Positions 39,491-41,288 of a stretch of 41,288 nt of DNA are shown here, piece by piece. The notes under the pieces are model-generated. The model was not told the origin of the DNA, searched no databases, and saw only the letters and a list, made by a program, of their open reading frames with translations. Position numbers and translations under genes: made by a program. This stretch comes from Conidiobolus incongruus B7586 (taxonomy: Eukaryota), in assembly GCA_000697335.1 (NCBI GenBank), contig JNEM01013501.1, positions 1 through 41,288 on the forward strand, written 5' to 3'. The first letter of the stretch is position 1. Each line of letters opens with the position of its first letter.

Positions 39491-40053
39491 TTAATAAAAA
39501 TGTATAATAAATTATTTTAAATTAATATAATAATTATATTATATTACTTGGCTTCTATATAGAATGTCTAATTCTTTCTTCAGCTATATTAAAGTTTCAT
39601 TACAATTTTTAACTGAATTAAAAAGAATACTTTTCTCTAAAGAGTATAACAACTTAAGATAATTTATTTTGAAGATTTAATACCAAATTTACCTTGATAT
39701 AATGAATATTAGCTGAATTACTATACATAGTATTTATATTATTCTGATTAAAGCTTATAATTTTATTTTAATATATCTTAATTAATTTTATGAAAATATT
39801 GGATATTATCAAATGGAGAAATCTATATCATATTAATTATTTGGAATTATATACTAATTGAAAATAATAAATATTCAATTATATAAATTATTTTATAAAA
39901 AATTAATATCTAATGCTAACTCTATATAGATAAATAAGAAATTTTTTATTCATCTAATAATATATTATATATCAAACTCTATTTATTATTATAATTATAT
40001 CTAATATTATATGTTATTATATTATTATATTTATTAAGTGTAGTTTATACTAA

Positions 40054-40866
40054 TATTACTTTGTAATTTAAATAATATGAATTTTTTACAATTGGAAAAA
40101 AATAAACATTTTAATATATAAAAAGTAAAAATAAATATATAATATAAAATTAATATTTTTTTTATTTCTATTAACTTTTTGCTATATTTTTAACAAACCT
40201 CTAACACTTAAAAAATAGTTTTTTTTATTAAAAACTAAAATTTGATGTTTTATAAACCAATTAAATTTTCTTGTAAAAATTTTCTTTCTTATAAACTAGT
40301 TTTTTAATTGCTTAAAACAATTACAGTTACATAAGTTATAATTTAAAAAATATATTAGATATGGTAGTTTTTTCTAGTTATTTTTGATTAGAAATTTTTT
40401 TATAATTTTAAATTTATATATTTTATAATTATTATGCAAAATAATAGGTTTTCTTAAATTATATTAAGAATATTAATTAAAAATAGTTTTATTTAAAAAA
40501 TATAAAGTTTAATATTAATTGATTTTTTAAGAATTAAATAAGAATTGTATATATATTATTATAATATATTATAACAATTAACATTCACTTATTAATAAAG
40601 TGTTTATTTAAAGAAATTTATAAAGGGGGTTGATTTAATTTAATTTAACATTTTAATTTATATTTTAATAAAAGATTATACAAAAGAATTTAACATTTAT
40701 TAATTATAATAATTTATTGTAAAAGTTTTAATTTCTAACTATATTTTAATAAGTTTTGTTTAACAATAACTACTTTTTTTAAGCTTTAGTTAAATTATAA
40801 AGTATTTATTTTATATTTTTATTAATTAATTTTAATTTAAACTTTAATATATACAAAATACTTATA
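40054..40866 (-). mobile_element. mariner relic, copy 4; 3' part, interrupted by a nested element
   Basis: TIR TATTACTTTGTAATTTAAATAATATGAATTTTTT at 40054, collinear with copy 2. The minus strand reads KPIILHNNYKIYK...N*KKLPYLIYFLNYNLCNCNCFKQLKN in one frame, with 34 residues between the second and third catalytic Asp positions. Confidence 0.88.
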
Positions 40867-41288
40867 CACTAACCCACAAAAGTGAGTCATAAAATCAAAA
40901 ACACCTATATTTTTACTAATAACTTAATTAATATTTAATAAAATAAACTTAAATTAAATAATTAAAATCTATTATATTTATTAGTTATATATATCATTAA
41001 ATGATGATATTTAGCTATTAATTGGCTAAAATATAAACCCTTAAATTTTACCTAAGGTGAGTTATAAATTTGTGGGTTTTTGGTGATAAAAAAAAATTAA
41101 AACCTAGTGTATCCACCTTTAGCTTTTCTAACTTCTTTAAGTTTGTGGGGTATAGAATCAACTAACTTCTTACACTAAAAAGGGTTAATCTTGTTCTATG
41201 CTTCTTGAACATATTCCCAAAGTTGATCTAAATTTTTTGCTGGGGGGAAAGCTTTAATAGCTTTTTTTAACTAAACCCAAAGGCGTTT
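40867..41288 (-). mobile_element. Tc1-like DNA transposon (3' end and TIR), nested in mariner copy 4, running off the window
   Basis: 41288-41097 translates to KRLWV*LKKAIKAFPPAKNLDQLWEYVQEA*NKINPF*CKKLVDSIPHKLKEVRKAKGGYTRF*, the Tc1 transposase C-terminus (ENLW..LK...W..I....LV.SMP.R...V..AKGG.T.Y). Terminus TA|CACTAACCCACAAAAGTGAGTC at 40865-40888. Confidence 0.88.

Noticed and set aside
39335..39520. 61-aa + strand ORF
   Set aside because: Antisense to the repeat-protein pseudogene; GTG start; no support.

Overview
AT-rich eukaryotic DNA with short (~50-70 nt) GT-AG introns. It is fungal, and an early-diverging, possibly Entomophthorales-like, origin is inferred rather than proven. Eight protein-coding genes can be reconstructed: a secreted GH5 exo-1,3-beta-glucanase, a 5-exon TMX-like ER thioredoxin that the ORF track misses, a Pho80/Pcl-type cyclin, an 8-exon Bck1/Mkh1 MAPKKK (SAM domain, 13-nt microexon), a Hook adaptor, PWP1, AK6/Fap7, and a secreted Tyr/Asp/Gly/His-rich repeat protein with a decayed tandem paralogue. 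Four relic copies of one ~1.3-kb DD34D mariner transposon are hidden in the apparently featureless AT-rich DNA (1-1242, 21587-22869, ~34633-36055, 40054-40866). A Tc1-like element is nested in the last copy. All five relics are eroded mostly by C>T/G>A changes, mainly CpA/TpG>TpA in the less decayed parts. This RIP-like genome-defence signature is the most interesting signal in the window.
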